DNA of 64,000 nt. Source: Pseudomonadota bacterium. GTDB taxonomy: Bacteria > Desulfobacterota > Desulfarculia > Adiutricales > JAGVGV01. The notes below the pieces were generated by a model. That model saw nothing but the letters and a program-made list of their open reading frames with translations. It searched no databases and was not told where the DNA came from. The DNA lies in contig JAZDGM010000024.1 in NCBI GenBank assembly GCA_043806915.1, forward strand, positions 31,240 to 95,239, written 5' to 3'. The position numbers were made by a program, and so were the translations under genes. This document shows, piece after piece, positions 18,342-28,025 of this stretch (positions within the stretch are counted from its first letter, which is position 1; each line of letters starts with the position of its first letter).

Positions 18342-19517
18342 ATGCCATCCACGAAACGGACTGAAATACTGCGCGCGGCGGAGGAAATCCTTTCCCGCAA
18401 GGGTAAAAAAGCCACCATCGCGGAAATAGCGGCCAAGGCCGGCGTCGCCGTCTCGGTGATCTACCACTATTTCCAAAACAAGGAAGATTTGATCTTCTCG
18501 GTGATCGAGGAACGGCTCAATGGGGTCATCGGCGACTTGGACCACCACCTCACGGCCATACGAGACCCGGTGAGCAAGCTGAGTAAAACCATCTGGCTTC
18601 AGCTCCGGGTGCATCACGATTATCCCGATTACACCAACCTGTTGATGTTCGAATGCCGTTCCAGCGCCCGCTTCCGGAAGCACGACGCCTTCAAGGCCAT
18701 CAAAAAATGGTCCGATATCATTCGCCTGACCTTGATCGAGGGGGTCGAGTCCGGCGCCTTCGCCGCCGACCTGGACGTAATACTGGCCCGTGACGCCATC
18801 CTGGGGTTGTTGGACATCGAGAACCTCTTTTCCCTGGCCGCGGGAAAGCCCGAGCAGGGCCTGGACGACGTCGACCGGATAGTGGAAATGGTCCTCGGCA
18901 TGATCGCGCCCAGTTCCGACCGCCCGCAAAAGAACAAGGACTTGGCCGCGCGGATACTGCTTGAAGCGGAACGGGTTTTCGCCGCCAAGGGCTACGAAAA
19001 CGCCACCATGACCAGCATCGCCGGCTTGGCGGGCGTTTCCGAGGGGACTATTTACGAGTATTACAAAAACAAGGAAGACCTCCTCTTTTCCGTCATGGAC
19101 GCCCGGTTTGAGAGTCAGATAGAATCCCTGGTGGAAATATTTCAAGTCGTCTCGCCCATCCGGAAGTTGCGGCGCTTTTTCAAATACCATTTTCTCCTGT
19201 ACGCCACCCAGCCGTTGTTCACCAGGATATTCCTCGGCGACGGCATTTATAACAAATCGTTTTTCCAGTCCCGGGCCTACGAAAAGTTAATGAAATATCT
19301 CGGCGTGATCGAAGAGATCGTGGCGGAAGGCCAGGCCGGGGGAAGCATCAGGCCCGACCTCGACCGGCGCTTGTTTCGAAATCTATTCCTCGGCGCCTTT
19401 ACGCACCTGACCCTGAGGTGGCAGTTATCCGAGCAGGGGGCCGACCTCGATAAAATCAGGGAACTGAACGGAATAGTGGACCTCTTGACGAATTTCCTCG
19501 AGCGTGGGGCCGACTAG
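18342..19517 (+). CDS. TetR-family regulator with two tandem TetR units
   Basis: Two HTH-bearing N-terminal modules in one chain: RTEILRAAEEILSRKGKKATIAEIAAKAGVAVSVIYHYFQNKEDLIFSV and ARILLEAERVFAAKGYENATMTSIAGLAGVSEGTIYEYYKNKEDLLFSV. Confidence 0.85.
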   Translation: MPSTKRTEILRAAEEILSRKGKKATIAEIAAKAGVAVSVIYHYFQNKEDLIFSVIEERLNGVIGDLDHHLTAIRDPVSKLSKTIWLQLRVHHDYPDYTNLLMFECRSSARFRKHDAFKAIKKWSDIIRLTLIEGVESGAFAADLDVILARDAILGLLDIENLFSLAAGKPEQGLDDVDRIVEMVLGMIAPSSDRPQKNKDLAARILLEAERVFAAKGYENATMTSIAGLAGVSEGTIYEYYKNKEDLLFSVMDARFESQIESLVEIFQVVSPIRKLRRFFKYHFLLYATQPLFTRIFLGDGIYNKSFFQSRAYEKLMKYLGVIEEIVAEGQAGGSIRPDLDRRLFRNLFLGAFTHLTLRWQLSEQGADLDKIRELNGIVDLLTNFLERGAD

Positions 19518-19684
19518 CCCGAGTTCCCGCTTACTGGACGCCAAAATAAAACAGGCCATAAAGAGACATCCATCTAGGTAAATGTCAAACCGAGACTAAG
19601 CTGGAAAAATATTGGATGCCCTCGGCATATCGCTCAATGCCAGCGCCTCGCGAGTATAAGAGCCAAAAATTCGGAAGGATTGTC

Positions 19685-20518
19685 ATGTACAAAACATTGC
19701 GCGATTTTACCCAACGCCCCGCTCCGTATTCAAGGTTTACAACCAAGGAACTGTGGACCCGGCCTCATCTTGCTCGCCGGATGCTTCAGTTTCATTTGGA
19801 TCAAAACACGGAGCTCGCGTCGCGACCCCTAGCGGCCATTGATTCGATTGTCGACGGGCTTGACCGCAAAATTTCACTGGCCGGCAAAAAACTGTGCGAT
19901 CTCGGCTGCGGTCCCGGGCTATACGCCACGCGTTTCGCGGAGCGAGGAGCAGATGTTACCGGAGTCGATTTTTCTCGCCGGACGCTGGATTACGCCGCGG
20001 CGGAGGCAACCCGCGCCGGCAGGCCGATTCGCTACCTTCACGCGGATTACCTTACGGACCGTCTCCCCACCGGTTTTGATGTTGTCGCCCTGATTTACTT
20101 TGACTACTGCGCCCTTTCTCCGGACCGCCGCCGGAGTCTATTGGCGAAAATACATGACATGCTGAAACCGGGCGGTAAGGTTGTTCTTGATGTCGTGGGG
20201 ATGGGGAATTTTGCCGCTAAGCACGAGGAGACGATTGTCGAAAGCAATGCGCTGGGAGGTTTCTGGGCCGAGGGAGACTACGTCGTGATTCAGCGGACAA
20301 TACTGTATCCCGATGAGGCCTTGTCCCTGGACCGCGTACTGGTTATTGAACCAACCGAGAGTTGGCAAATATTCAACTGGCTTCAGCATTACACCCCGGA
20401 GCGCCTAGCAGGGGAATTAGGCGAGGCGGGGTTCAAAATAGACGCCATAATGGGGTCATTGGCTGGAGAGCCATTAACCGGCGACAGTGAAATAATGGGC
20501 GTCATAGCAACCAGATAG
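19685..20518 (+). CDS. Class I SAM-dependent methyltransferase
   Basis: Motif I LCDLGCGPGLYATRFAERGADVTGVDFS. Start taken at the ATG at 19685 (MYKTLRDF). Confidence 0.8.
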   Translation: MYKTLRDFTQRPAPYSRFTTKELWTRPHLARRMLQFHLDQNTELASRPLAAIDSIVDGLDRKISLAGKKLCDLGCGPGLYATRFAERGADVTGVDFSRRTLDYAAAEATRAGRPIRYLHADYLTDRLPTGFDVVALIYFDYCALSPDRRRSLLAKIHDMLKPGGKVVLDVVGMGNFAAKHEETIVESNALGGFWAEGDYVVIQRTILYPDEALSLDRVLVIEPTESWQIFNWLQHYTPERLAGELGEAGFKIDAIMGSLAGEPLTGDSEIMGVIATR

Positions 20519-20540
20519 GGAGCAAGGGCTCGGATGGCCG

Positions 20541-20594
20541 CGGACAATTCTCCCTCTCCACCCATTCATGGGAGGAGAGGGAGATAATTGTCCG
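20541..20594. repeat. Long imperfect palindrome just 3' of the methyltransferase gene
   Basis: CGGACAATTCTCCCTCTCC ... GGAGGAGAGGGAGATAATTGTCCG. Hairpin-forming, with no T-run. Confidence 0.5.
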
Positions 20595-20627
20595 GCCCGG
20601 CCCGCCTCCGTTTGGAACAAGGTACTA

Positions 20628-20726
20628 GCGGTCGGTTGAAAATGTAAGGAATATAGCCAAATGAACGTGAGTAAGGCTGGTTCCCAAGCTCTATCTTGGG
20701 AACCTCGGCCAGGGAAGCTCCAGACA
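20628..20726. repeat. Outer extension of the left inverted repeat, including a P1 hairpin (20679-20704)
   Basis: gcggtcggttgaaaatg...gtaaggctGGTTCCCAAGCTctatCTTGGGAACCtcggccagggaagctccag is the reverse complement of 49203-49285, with a roughly 23 nt insertion. Confidence 0.75.
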
Positions 20727-20796
20727 CCTATATGCTTCAACTTCTTTACAAACAGATCAAGTTTTTACTTGACGGTTTGAGGCGAAGCTTCGCCGG

Positions 20797-21052
20797 CTTC
20801 CTCACTCTAGAGATGTAGAGCCCCCGCCCGGCCCATAATCGCCGTCCAGATGATAGACCTTGCCCGGTGAGCCTTCAGGCCTGGGTTCAACGAGACGGAT
20901 GAAATTTCAAACCGATTAATATCGATACCTTCACCGCCGCGCTAGGACTACGGAATGGAAACGCCGCGTTGATTCCCCGTGGTTGCTTTCCGGATAAAGT
21001 GGGGAAGCTAGAGCTTCCCCTTCCCGGGTTCCCAAGCTAGAGCTTGGGAACC
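20797..21052. repeat. Left arm of the ~256 bp inverted repeat (partner 48950-49206); ends in the P2+P1 double hairpin
   Basis: Manual alignment of this segment to the reverse complement of 48950-49206 shows most positions identical. P2 GGGGAAGCTAGAGCTTCCCC is at 21001-21020 and P1 GGTTCCCAAGCTAGAGCTTGGGAACC at 21027-21052. Confidence 0.85.
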
Positions 21053-21204
21053 AGCGGATATTGGATGTCTATGCAAATATTTCCCACCCTCCCCCTCGTT
21101 GGGTCAGAAAAAGCTAACTTGTCGTATTGGCAGCCATATTTACCCTCTCCCTCGGGGAGAGGGCAGGGTGAGGGGCCTTTCAAACCCGCCGCCAAACCCC
21201 GGCT

Positions 21205-21963
21205 TCACCGCTTTTCCAACTCCGCGCCCCCGCGGCCCGAGCAGGCCGGGCAGCGGTCGTTCCTGCCGATGTTGATGGTTTTAAAGGACATTTCCATCCC
21301 GTCGTACACCATTAGCCGGTCGTACAGCGGGCGTCCCAGGCCGGTCAGGATTTTCAAGGCCTCGGTCGCTTGCAGGCAGGCGATCACTCCCGGCGTGGGA
21401 CCCAGGACCGGCGTGACGCCTCCCGCCTCCGGACCCACCGGGAACAGGCATTCCAGGCAGGCCGTCCGGCCGGAGGCGAAGGTGGACAGCATGCCGCAGA
21501 GCCCGTTGACGCCCCCGAAAATCAGGGGGATTCCCCGCGCTAGGCAGGCCCGATTAAGCGCTTTTCTCGTTTCATAATTGTCCAGGGCGTCCAGGACCAA
21601 GTCGTGCCCCTCGATCAGGTCCGCGGCGTTATGCTCGCCCAGGCGGTCTTGAATAATCCGCGTCGAAACCTCGGAATTGAGGCGGGTCAGCTTTTCCAGG
21701 GCCGATTCCGTCTTGGGCCGGCCGAGGTCTTCTTCCCAATGCAGAAGCTGGCGGTTGAGATTGCTCGCGGAAACGTGGTCCAGGTCCATGACGGTCAGGC
21801 CGCCCACTCCCGACGCGGCCAAATACATGGCCGAGATGGAACCCAGGCCGCCCAGGCCCGCGATAAAGACCCGGGACCGGGCCAGCTTGGCCTGCCCTTC
21901 CCGCCCCAGGCCCTCGATAAGCGTCTGCCGCTCGTAGCGCGCTTCCAACCCGGATGCCGTCAT
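21205..21963 (-). CDS. ThiF/MoeB/HesA-family E1-like adenylyltransferase
   Basis: YERQTLIEGLGREGQAKL, the nucleotide-binding loop IAGLGGLGS, and NLNRQ. Two CxxC pairs (CLECL, CPAC). Start taken at the ATG at 21963. Confidence 0.85.
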   Translation of the reverse strand: MTASGLEARYERQTLIEGLGREGQAKLARSRVFIAGLGGLGSISAMYLAASGVGGLTVMDLDHVSASNLNRQLLHWEEDLGRPKTESALEKLTRLNSEVSTRIIQDRLGEHNAADLIEGHDLVLDALDNYETRKALNRACLARGIPLIFGGVNGLCGMLSTFASGRTACLECLFPVGPEAGGVTPVLGPTPGVIACLQATEALKILTGLGRPLYDRLMVYDGMEMSFKTINIGRNDRCPACSGRGGAELEKR

Positions 21964-22608
21964 GCCCGCTCCTCCCCTGGGGTTTCGGCCGATATCGGCG
22001 CGAAAAAAATTTGGCCCGAAACGAAACAAGGTCAAAAAACAAATGGAATGTCAGCGACATCTGTCCGGGAATACACCGCTGCGATTATAACAACCGAAAA
22101 CATTTTCGCAAAAGGAAAATACGACCGTTGCCAGGCGCTTCGGACGGCGGCGCCGGGGGTTGGAGCAGGGACGCTGGTAATTCACCGGCTGAAATCGCCG
22201 GGACGGCGCCTGGGAGCCGGCCGTGAAAAAATATTAGATGCATCAAACTTTTTCCTTGCTTTCCCGAAACTCCATGGTATGTTGCCTCATTCCGGCGAAG
22301 CTAGCGCTTCCCCCGGCGGGGGGGAGACGCCGGGCGGCCGCCGACTTGAAGGAGAATGCGCCACCTCGAAAATTGCCGCCCCGGCAGCCCCCCAGCACAA
22401 GCCAGGCAAACCCAAGGGCGGCGTCAACGCCGGCGAGGCGGAAGAGTCATGTTTTTCCATGGTAACCCAAAAGAGCGGAAAACTTAATATTGCCCGGACA
22501 TTCGTCGGCTAGTATCGCCCAAATCCCGGAGCGAGTGGGGGGCGCTGGGGCGTAAGGCCTGACGGGACATCAATTATAAGAGTATAAGAGCGAAAAGGGG
22601 TTTTCAGT

Positions 22609-25035
22609 ATGAACTGGCGTGGTCTTGGAACAAAAATAGTTGGATCCGGCCTAGCGTTGATTGTTTTCACCCTAGCCCTGGTCCTGGCCATCGTCTGGTA
22701 TAAAACCGGAACGCTCAAGGAACAGATCACTTCAAAACTGGAAGAGGACGCCGTCAAGGATGTTTCGTCCCTGACCCTAAGCCTTTATCAGCGGGCCCAA
22801 GCCCAGTTCGAAATTGTCGAGGACAAGCTGACTTGCGACCTCAATGTCGCCCGGAAAACCCTGGAACGGCAAGGGGGCCTGTCCTTTAATTCCGCCGACA
22901 AGGTCGCCTGGCGGGCGGTCAACCAGTATACCCAAAAGTTAGAGCAGGTGGAGCTGCCCCAAATGACCCTGGGCGGTCGGCCGCTCGACGCTTCTCGGAG
23001 CTTCCAGGACCGCCTGCCGGTGGTCGATGAAGTCCGGGAATTGGTCGGCGCCACTTGCACCGTCTTTCAGCGCCTGAACGAGGAAGGCGACATGCTGCGG
23101 GTCCTGACCAACGTCCCCGCGAAGGACGGAACCAGGGCCGTCGGGACGTACATCCCCCGGACCAACCCCGACGGCCGGGAAAATCCGGTCATCGCCGCGG
23201 TCCTGAAAGGCCAAGCCTATTCGGGCCGGGCCCTGGTCATGGACAAGTGGCATCAAGCCATCTATGAGCCTCTCAAGGACGAAGCCGGCCGGGTGATAGG
23301 CGTGTTGTATGTGGGCGTGGACCTGGACAAGGAACTGGCCGACCTTAAAAACGACCTGGCGGGCTATGTGATCGGCCGCACCGGCTATTGCTTCGTCCTG
23401 GACAGCGAGGGGCGGTATGTCGTTTCCCAAAACAACCAACGCAACGGCGAGTTGATCTGGGACGTCCGCGACGCCGACGGTCGCTTCATGGTCCAGGACA
23501 TTATCCAAGCCGCGATCAAGGCCCCGGCCGGCGAAATCAGCCTGATCCGGTATTCCTGGTCGGACCGCGCGCAAGACGCCCCCAGGCAAAAAGTCGCCGC
23601 CTCCGTTTATTTCCAGCCGCTGGATTGGGTCATCGGCGCCGGGGTCTATGAGGACGAACTGAACGAAACCGCCAAGGGAATAGACGCCTCGGCCCAGGAG
23701 GCGTTGCTCTGGATCGTGGCGGCCGCGGCGGCCGTCCTGATCCTCGGCGGGCTGGGCTTGTTCATTTTTTCCCGTCGCATCACCGGACCGATCTTGCTCC
23801 TGGCCGAGCTTTCCCGGATGTTTTCCGGCGGGGAAATGGAAATTTCCGCCCGGGACAAGAAAGAAATAGAAAAAATAAGCCGCCGCCCGGATGAACTCGG
23901 GGTGATCGGACGGGCCTTTGAAAAGCTGATGCTTTATTTCCAGCAAAAGTCAGGGGAAGCCGAGCGGATCGCCGAGGGCGTACTGGACCTGGACGTGGAA
24001 TTCGCCTCGGCCAAGGACGGTTTGGGAAACGCCTTCCGCGGCATGACCCGGCGACTTAACCAGGCCCTGTCCGAAGTCCGGGAATCCGCCGAGTTGAACG
24101 CCGCGGGCAGCCTGGAAATACGGCAAGCCAACAGGGCCCTTTCGCAGGGCGCCTCCGAGCAAGCCTCCGCCCTGGAGGAAATTTCCAGCTCCATGGTTGA
24201 AATGACCGACACCACCCGGCAAAACGCGGGCACGGCGGCGGAAGCCAAAAAGCTCATGAACGAGACCCGGGGCGCCGCCGAGGACGGCTCGAAAAAAATG
24301 GCCCGCCTGGTTGAAGCCAATTCCGCCATCAATGCGTCCAGCCGGGAAATAGCCAAAATCATCAAGACAATTGAAGGCATCGCTTTCCAGACCAACCTCC
24401 TGGCCCTGAACGCCGCCGTGGAGGCGGCCCGGGCCGGCAAGCACGGCAAGGGCTTCGCCGTGGTGGCTGGAGAGGTCCGGAACCTGGCCGGAAGAAGCGC
24501 CAGGGCCGCCCAGGAGACCACGGCCCTGATCGAGGCCTCCATCGCCAATATCGAGCAGGAAACCACCGCCGTTTACCAGACCGCCGGCTTCCTGGACGCC
24601 ATTGTGGAACGCGTCAACAAGGCGGGTCAGTTGGTGGAGGAAATCCACCGCGCCGGCCAGGACCAGGCCGACGGGATACTCCAGATCACCCAGGGCCTGG
24701 AACAGATCGAGTCCGTGACTCAAAAAAACCTGGCCGTCGCGGAACAGACCTCTTCCGCGGCCGAGGAACTGACCCGGCAGGCGGCCGTGGTCAAGGAACT
24801 GATGGCCCGGTTTCAATTAAAGGACGGTGAAAACGGCGCCGGCCGGGCGCCCCTAGCCCGGGTGGACGACAACCTGTTCCTGCCCAACGCGGGGCCGGGT
24901 CCCGCCGGGCTCGCGCCCGGTCGGGCCGAGGCCTTGAAGGGCGACCGGTTCAAGCGACTCGCCCGCGGGGAAGGAGCCGAGCCCGGAGCGTTGGAGATTT
25001 TTGAGAATCAAGGACGGTCCGGAGGGCGTAATTAA
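22609..25035 (+). CDS. Methyl-accepting chemotaxis protein with large periplasmic Cache-like sensor
   Basis: Two TM helices flank a roughly 330 aa periplasmic domain. A HAMP region follows, then the conserved signalling hairpin [39 protein letters not shown]. Confidence 0.9.
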   Translation: MNWRGLGTKIVGSGLALIVFTLALVLAIVWYKTGTLKEQITSKLEEDAVKDVSSLTLSLYQRAQAQFEIVEDKLTCDLNVARKTLERQGGLSFNSADKVAWRAVNQYTQKLEQVELPQMTLGGRPLDASRSFQDRLPVVDEVRELVGATCTVFQRLNEEGDMLRVLTNVPAKDGTRAVGTYIPRTNPDGRENPVIAAVLKGQAYSGRALVMDKWHQAIYEPLKDEAGRVIGVLYVGVDLDKELADLKNDLAGYVIGRTGYCFVLDSEGRYVVSQNNQRNGELIWDVRDADGRFMVQDIIQAAIKAPAGEISLIRYSWSDRAQDAPRQKVAASVYFQPLDWVIGAGVYEDELNETAKGIDASAQEALLWIVAAAAAVLILGGLGLFIFSRRITGPILLLAELSRMFSGGEMEISARDKKEIEKISRRPDELGVIGRAFEKLMLYFQQKSGEAERIAEGVLDLDVEFASAKDGLGNAFRGMTRRLNQALSEVRESAELNAAGSLEIRQANRALSQGASEQASALEEISSSMVEMTDTTRQNAGTAAEAKKLMNETRGAAEDGSKKMARLVEANSAINASSREIAKIIKTIEGIAFQTNLLALNAAVEAARAGKHGKGFAVVAGEVRNLAGRSARAAQETTALIEASIANIEQETTAVYQTAGFLDAIVERVNKAGQLVEEIHRAGQDQADGILQITQGLEQIESVTQKNLAVAEQTSSAAEELTRQAAVVKELMARFQLKDGENGAGRAPLARVDDNLFLPNAGPGPAGLAPGRAEALKGDRFKRLARGEGAEPGALEIFENQGRSGGRN

Positions 25036-25066
25036 GGTTTCGGCCGGCGGCGCCTTGGGTTAAACT

Positions 25067-25117
25067 GGGGAAGCTGGAGCTTCCCCGCCCGGGTCCCCAA
25101 GCTAACGATTGGGAACC
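25067..25117. repeat. REP-like double hairpin (P2 25067-25086, P1 variant 25092-25117) 3' of the MCP gene
   Basis: GGGGAAGCTGGAGCTTCCCC followed by GGTCCCCAAGCTAACGATTGGGAACC. This is the same two-hairpin module seen at 21.0 and 48.95 kb. Confidence 0.75.
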
Positions 25118-25252
25118 AGCCCTTGAGGCTAGACCGCCGCGCCAGGGGGTTCGGCCGGCGGGCGCCCCGGTTTGGCTCGGACAAGCCGGCGCGGCGCGGG
25201 TTGATGGCTTTTCCCGACAAAAACTTATTTGGACAAGGGCCGAGGCCGCCGG

Positions 25253-26884
25253 ATGAAACCAGACATTTACCCCGATTTGTTCAACTACGTCTACGGGCCG
25301 GTCATGCAGCCCGGTTCCAGCTCCCATACCGCCGGCCCCTGCCGGGTGGGCCTGCTGGCGGCCGGACTCCTGGGCGAGCCGGTCCGCGACATCCACGTCA
25401 CCCTCGACCCGGCGGGCTCCTTTGCCGGCGCCTTCGGCATCATGGCCGAGGACAACGCCATGATCGCCGGGGCCATGGGCCTGGGGCCCGACGACCAGCG
25501 GCTCTTCGACGCCGGGGCCCTGGCCCGGGCCGCCGGAATCGCCTATCGTTTCGACTTCGCCCCCATCAAGGAAAGCAGTCACCCCAACGCCATGAAATTC
25601 CGCCTGACCGGGCAGGGCGGCCGGCAAGTCGAGCTGGTCGGCGACTCCACCGGAGGCGGCCTGGTCGAGACCAGGTCCATCGAAGGGTTTCCCGTCAGGC
25701 TGGCGGGCGACGCCCACACCCTGCTGCTCAAGGACCCGGATTCGATACTCGGGCCGGAAGCCCTAGCCGGCGTCGCGAGATCAATCCCCGGGTTAATCCG
25801 GGTCGAATCCTTTCGTGAACCCGGCCGGGGCGCCCTCCACGTCTTTTTTTCTTCCCGCCCCATCGCGCCGGCAACCTGGCCGACCGAGGTCCTGGCCCTG
25901 GAAAAACACGGCCTCGACCCCATCCTGCCGGTCATCAGGCCCGAGAATAGAAAACCGCCCCTTTTTTCCACCATGGCGGAATGGAAGGAAGCGGCCGCCA
26001 AAAGCAACTGGTCCCTGGCCCGGGCGGTGGTCCAATACCAAATGGACGCCTCGGGCTGGGACGAAAAACAGGTCAGGGAATACCTGCGCTTCCTAACGGC
26101 CAAAATGCACCGTCAGACCCACGCGGCGTACGAGGAAAACTTGCCGGTTCCCGAAAGCCCCTTCAAAATGGATTACCCCGCCCTCTGGACCAAACACGCG
26201 GCGTCCGGGCGGACCCTATCCGACGGCCTGACCGCCGCCATCATCCGCCTGGCCTACGGCGCGGGCGCGGGCCTTCCCGGGGTCGAAACCGTGACCGGCC
26301 CCATGGGGAGCGGCGGCGGGTATTTATACGCGGCCCTGTACGCGGTAATGAAAGCCCGGCGCTGGGCGGAAGACAAGCTCCCCGACGGCCTGCTGGTCGC
26401 CGGAGGCGTGGGGTTGCTCGCTTTTTTCCGGACCGAACCCACGGGCGAATGCCTGGGCTGCACCGGGGAATGCGGGGTCAACGGGGCCATGGCCGCCGCG
26501 GGCCTGGTCGAGATGGCCGGCGGGACCCCGGACCAAGTGGAAGCCGCGGCGTCCCTGTCGCTGCAAGGGTCCCTGGGCTGGCCCTGCGATCCCATTCCGG
26601 GAGGGTTCGGGCAACCCTGCCGCGGCCGGATCATGACCTCGACCTGCATGGCCCCGGTCTTCGCGGACATGGCCCTGGCCGGCCATCCGGCGGTTTTGTC
26701 CCTGGACGAGGCCCTGGACGCGGCCGACCGCGTCGGCCGGGCCCTGCCGCCGGAGCTTCTATGCACGTCCCGGGGAGGCGCGGCGGCCGCGCCCTCGGCC
26801 CGGGAAAAAGCCCTTGCTTTCAAGAAGTGGTTCGAGGAATCGAGGAAAGCCGGCCGACGGATACCGCCGGGAAACCTGATCTGA
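25253..26884 (+). CDS. Iron-sulfur L-serine-dehydratase-family protein (fused beta and alpha domains)
   Basis: N-terminal GPVMQPGSSSHTAGP (GPSSSHT-type motif). A central ACT-like beta segment. C-terminal alpha-domain Cys motifs (CLGCTGECGVNGAMAAAG ... GWPCDPIPGGFGQPC). Confidence 0.8.
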   Translation: MKPDIYPDLFNYVYGPVMQPGSSSHTAGPCRVGLLAAGLLGEPVRDIHVTLDPAGSFAGAFGIMAEDNAMIAGAMGLGPDDQRLFDAGALARAAGIAYRFDFAPIKESSHPNAMKFRLTGQGGRQVELVGDSTGGGLVETRSIEGFPVRLAGDAHTLLLKDPDSILGPEALAGVARSIPGLIRVESFREPGRGALHVFFSSRPIAPATWPTEVLALEKHGLDPILPVIRPENRKPPLFSTMAEWKEAAAKSNWSLARAVVQYQMDASGWDEKQVREYLRFLTAKMHRQTHAAYEENLPVPESPFKMDYPALWTKHAASGRTLSDGLTAAIIRLAYGAGAGLPGVETVTGPMGSGGGYLYAALYAVMKARRWAEDKLPDGLLVAGGVGLLAFFRTEPTGECLGCTGECGVNGAMAAAGLVEMAGGTPDQVEAAASLSLQGSLGWPCDPIPGGFGQPCRGRIMTSTCMAPVFADMALAGHPAVLSLDEALDAADRVGRALPPELLCTSRGGAAAAPSAREKALAFKKWFEESRKAGRRIPPGNLI

Positions 26885-26990
26885 CCGGGAAGGCCCGGGA
26901 CGCGAGGGCCGCCGATCGAGCGGGGAGGCCCCGGGAACGCTCGGGGCGGCCCCGGGAAAGATACCGGGGGGCGCTGCCGCTCCTGGCCCC

Positions 26991-27998
26991 TTAATCCTCG
27001 CCGAAGCGGCGGCCGCCGATTTCCAGGAAAGTCCCGACGCCCCTCTTCCCGGCTTCCTTTAAAATAAAAGCGGCGGCGGCGATATCTTCCACGGCCAGCC
27101 CCAGGGACTTGAACAGGGTGATTTCCCGGTCGTTTTGGCGGCCGGGTTTGAGGCCGGCCAGGACTTGGCCCAGTTCGCCGACAATATGGCTTTCATCCAC
27201 CAGCCCTTCGTCCCGCGGGATGAGGAAATCGCCGGCCTCGGCCACAAGCGCTTCCTTTTTGTCCGCGTATAGCCTGGCTTTCAGCACGCAGTTGGAGTCG
27301 AGCTCCCGGGTCTGGGGCCGAAAGGCGCCCACCGCGTTGATATGGGCGCCGGGCGCCACCCAGTCTCCCGACAAGACCGGCCGGGCGGCGGAAGTGACCG
27401 TGCAGATGATGTCGGCCCCTTCGACCGCTTCCCGGGCCGAGGGGACCGCTTCGACCGTCAACCCGCGTTTCCGGGATTCACGCCGGGCGAAACTGGCCGC
27501 GTTCTCGGGATTGCGGCTGAAAACCCGGACCCGCCGGATGTCCCGGACCAGCATCATGGCTTCGAGGTGAGCCGCGGCCTGGGCGCCGGACCCGAGCAGG
27601 GCCAGGTCCCCGGCCCCGGGCCGGGCCAGGGTCCGGGTCGCGACCCCGGATACGGCCGCGGTCCGGATGGCGGTCAAGGCCGTGGCGTCGACAATGGCCC
27701 GAAGCAAGCCATGGCCGGCCTCGAACAAAAGCACCACCCCGATGTGGGAATCGTGGGGCCCGCCCTCGTTTTTCGGAAAAGCGGAAATGACCTTGATCCC
27801 CATGGCCTGGAGGTCGTCCGCGTAACCGGGCATCCACCCCATGATGCTCTCGCCGTCGGGCAGGACGATTTTTGATCTCAAGGGCATGATAACGCCCCCC
27901 CGGGCCATCCCTTCCAGAGCCTCGGCCATGACTTCCAGGCAGGAGGCCATGGGCAGAAGCTCACGGACCTGATTCTGGTCCGCGATCAGGACTTCCAT
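26991..27998 (-). CDS. Ornithine cyclodeaminase / mu-crystallin family NAD(P) enzyme
   Basis: Family-typical length (335 aa) and Rossmann segment LALLGSGAQAAAHLEAM. Last gene of the corrinoid operon. Confidence 0.85.
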   Translation of the reverse strand: MEVLIADQNQVRELLPMASCLEVMAEALEGMARGGVIMPLRSKIVLPDGESIMGWMPGYADDLQAMGIKVISAFPKNEGGPHDSHIGVVLLFEAGHGLLRAIVDATALTAIRTAAVSGVATRTLARPGAGDLALLGSGAQAAAHLEAMMLVRDIRRVRVFSRNPENAASFARRESRKRGLTVEAVPSAREAVEGADIICTVTSAARPVLSGDWVAPGAHINAVGAFRPQTRELDSNCVLKARLYADKKEALVAEAGDFLIPRDEGLVDESHIVGELGQVLAGLKPGRQNDREITLFKSLGLAVEDIAAAAFILKEAGKRGVGTFLEIGGRRFGED

Positions 27999-28025
27999 AA
28001 TTTGCCTCCCGGTTTCACCGCGCCC

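Noticed and set aside
19685-20518. The SAM-dependent methyltransferase next to the island as an EgtD/EanA-type histidine N-methyltransferase (hercynine synthase).
   Set aside because: It shows only the generic class I motif I and lacks the EgtD-type N-terminal substrate domain pattern I remember. It also lies outside the inverted-repeat boundary.
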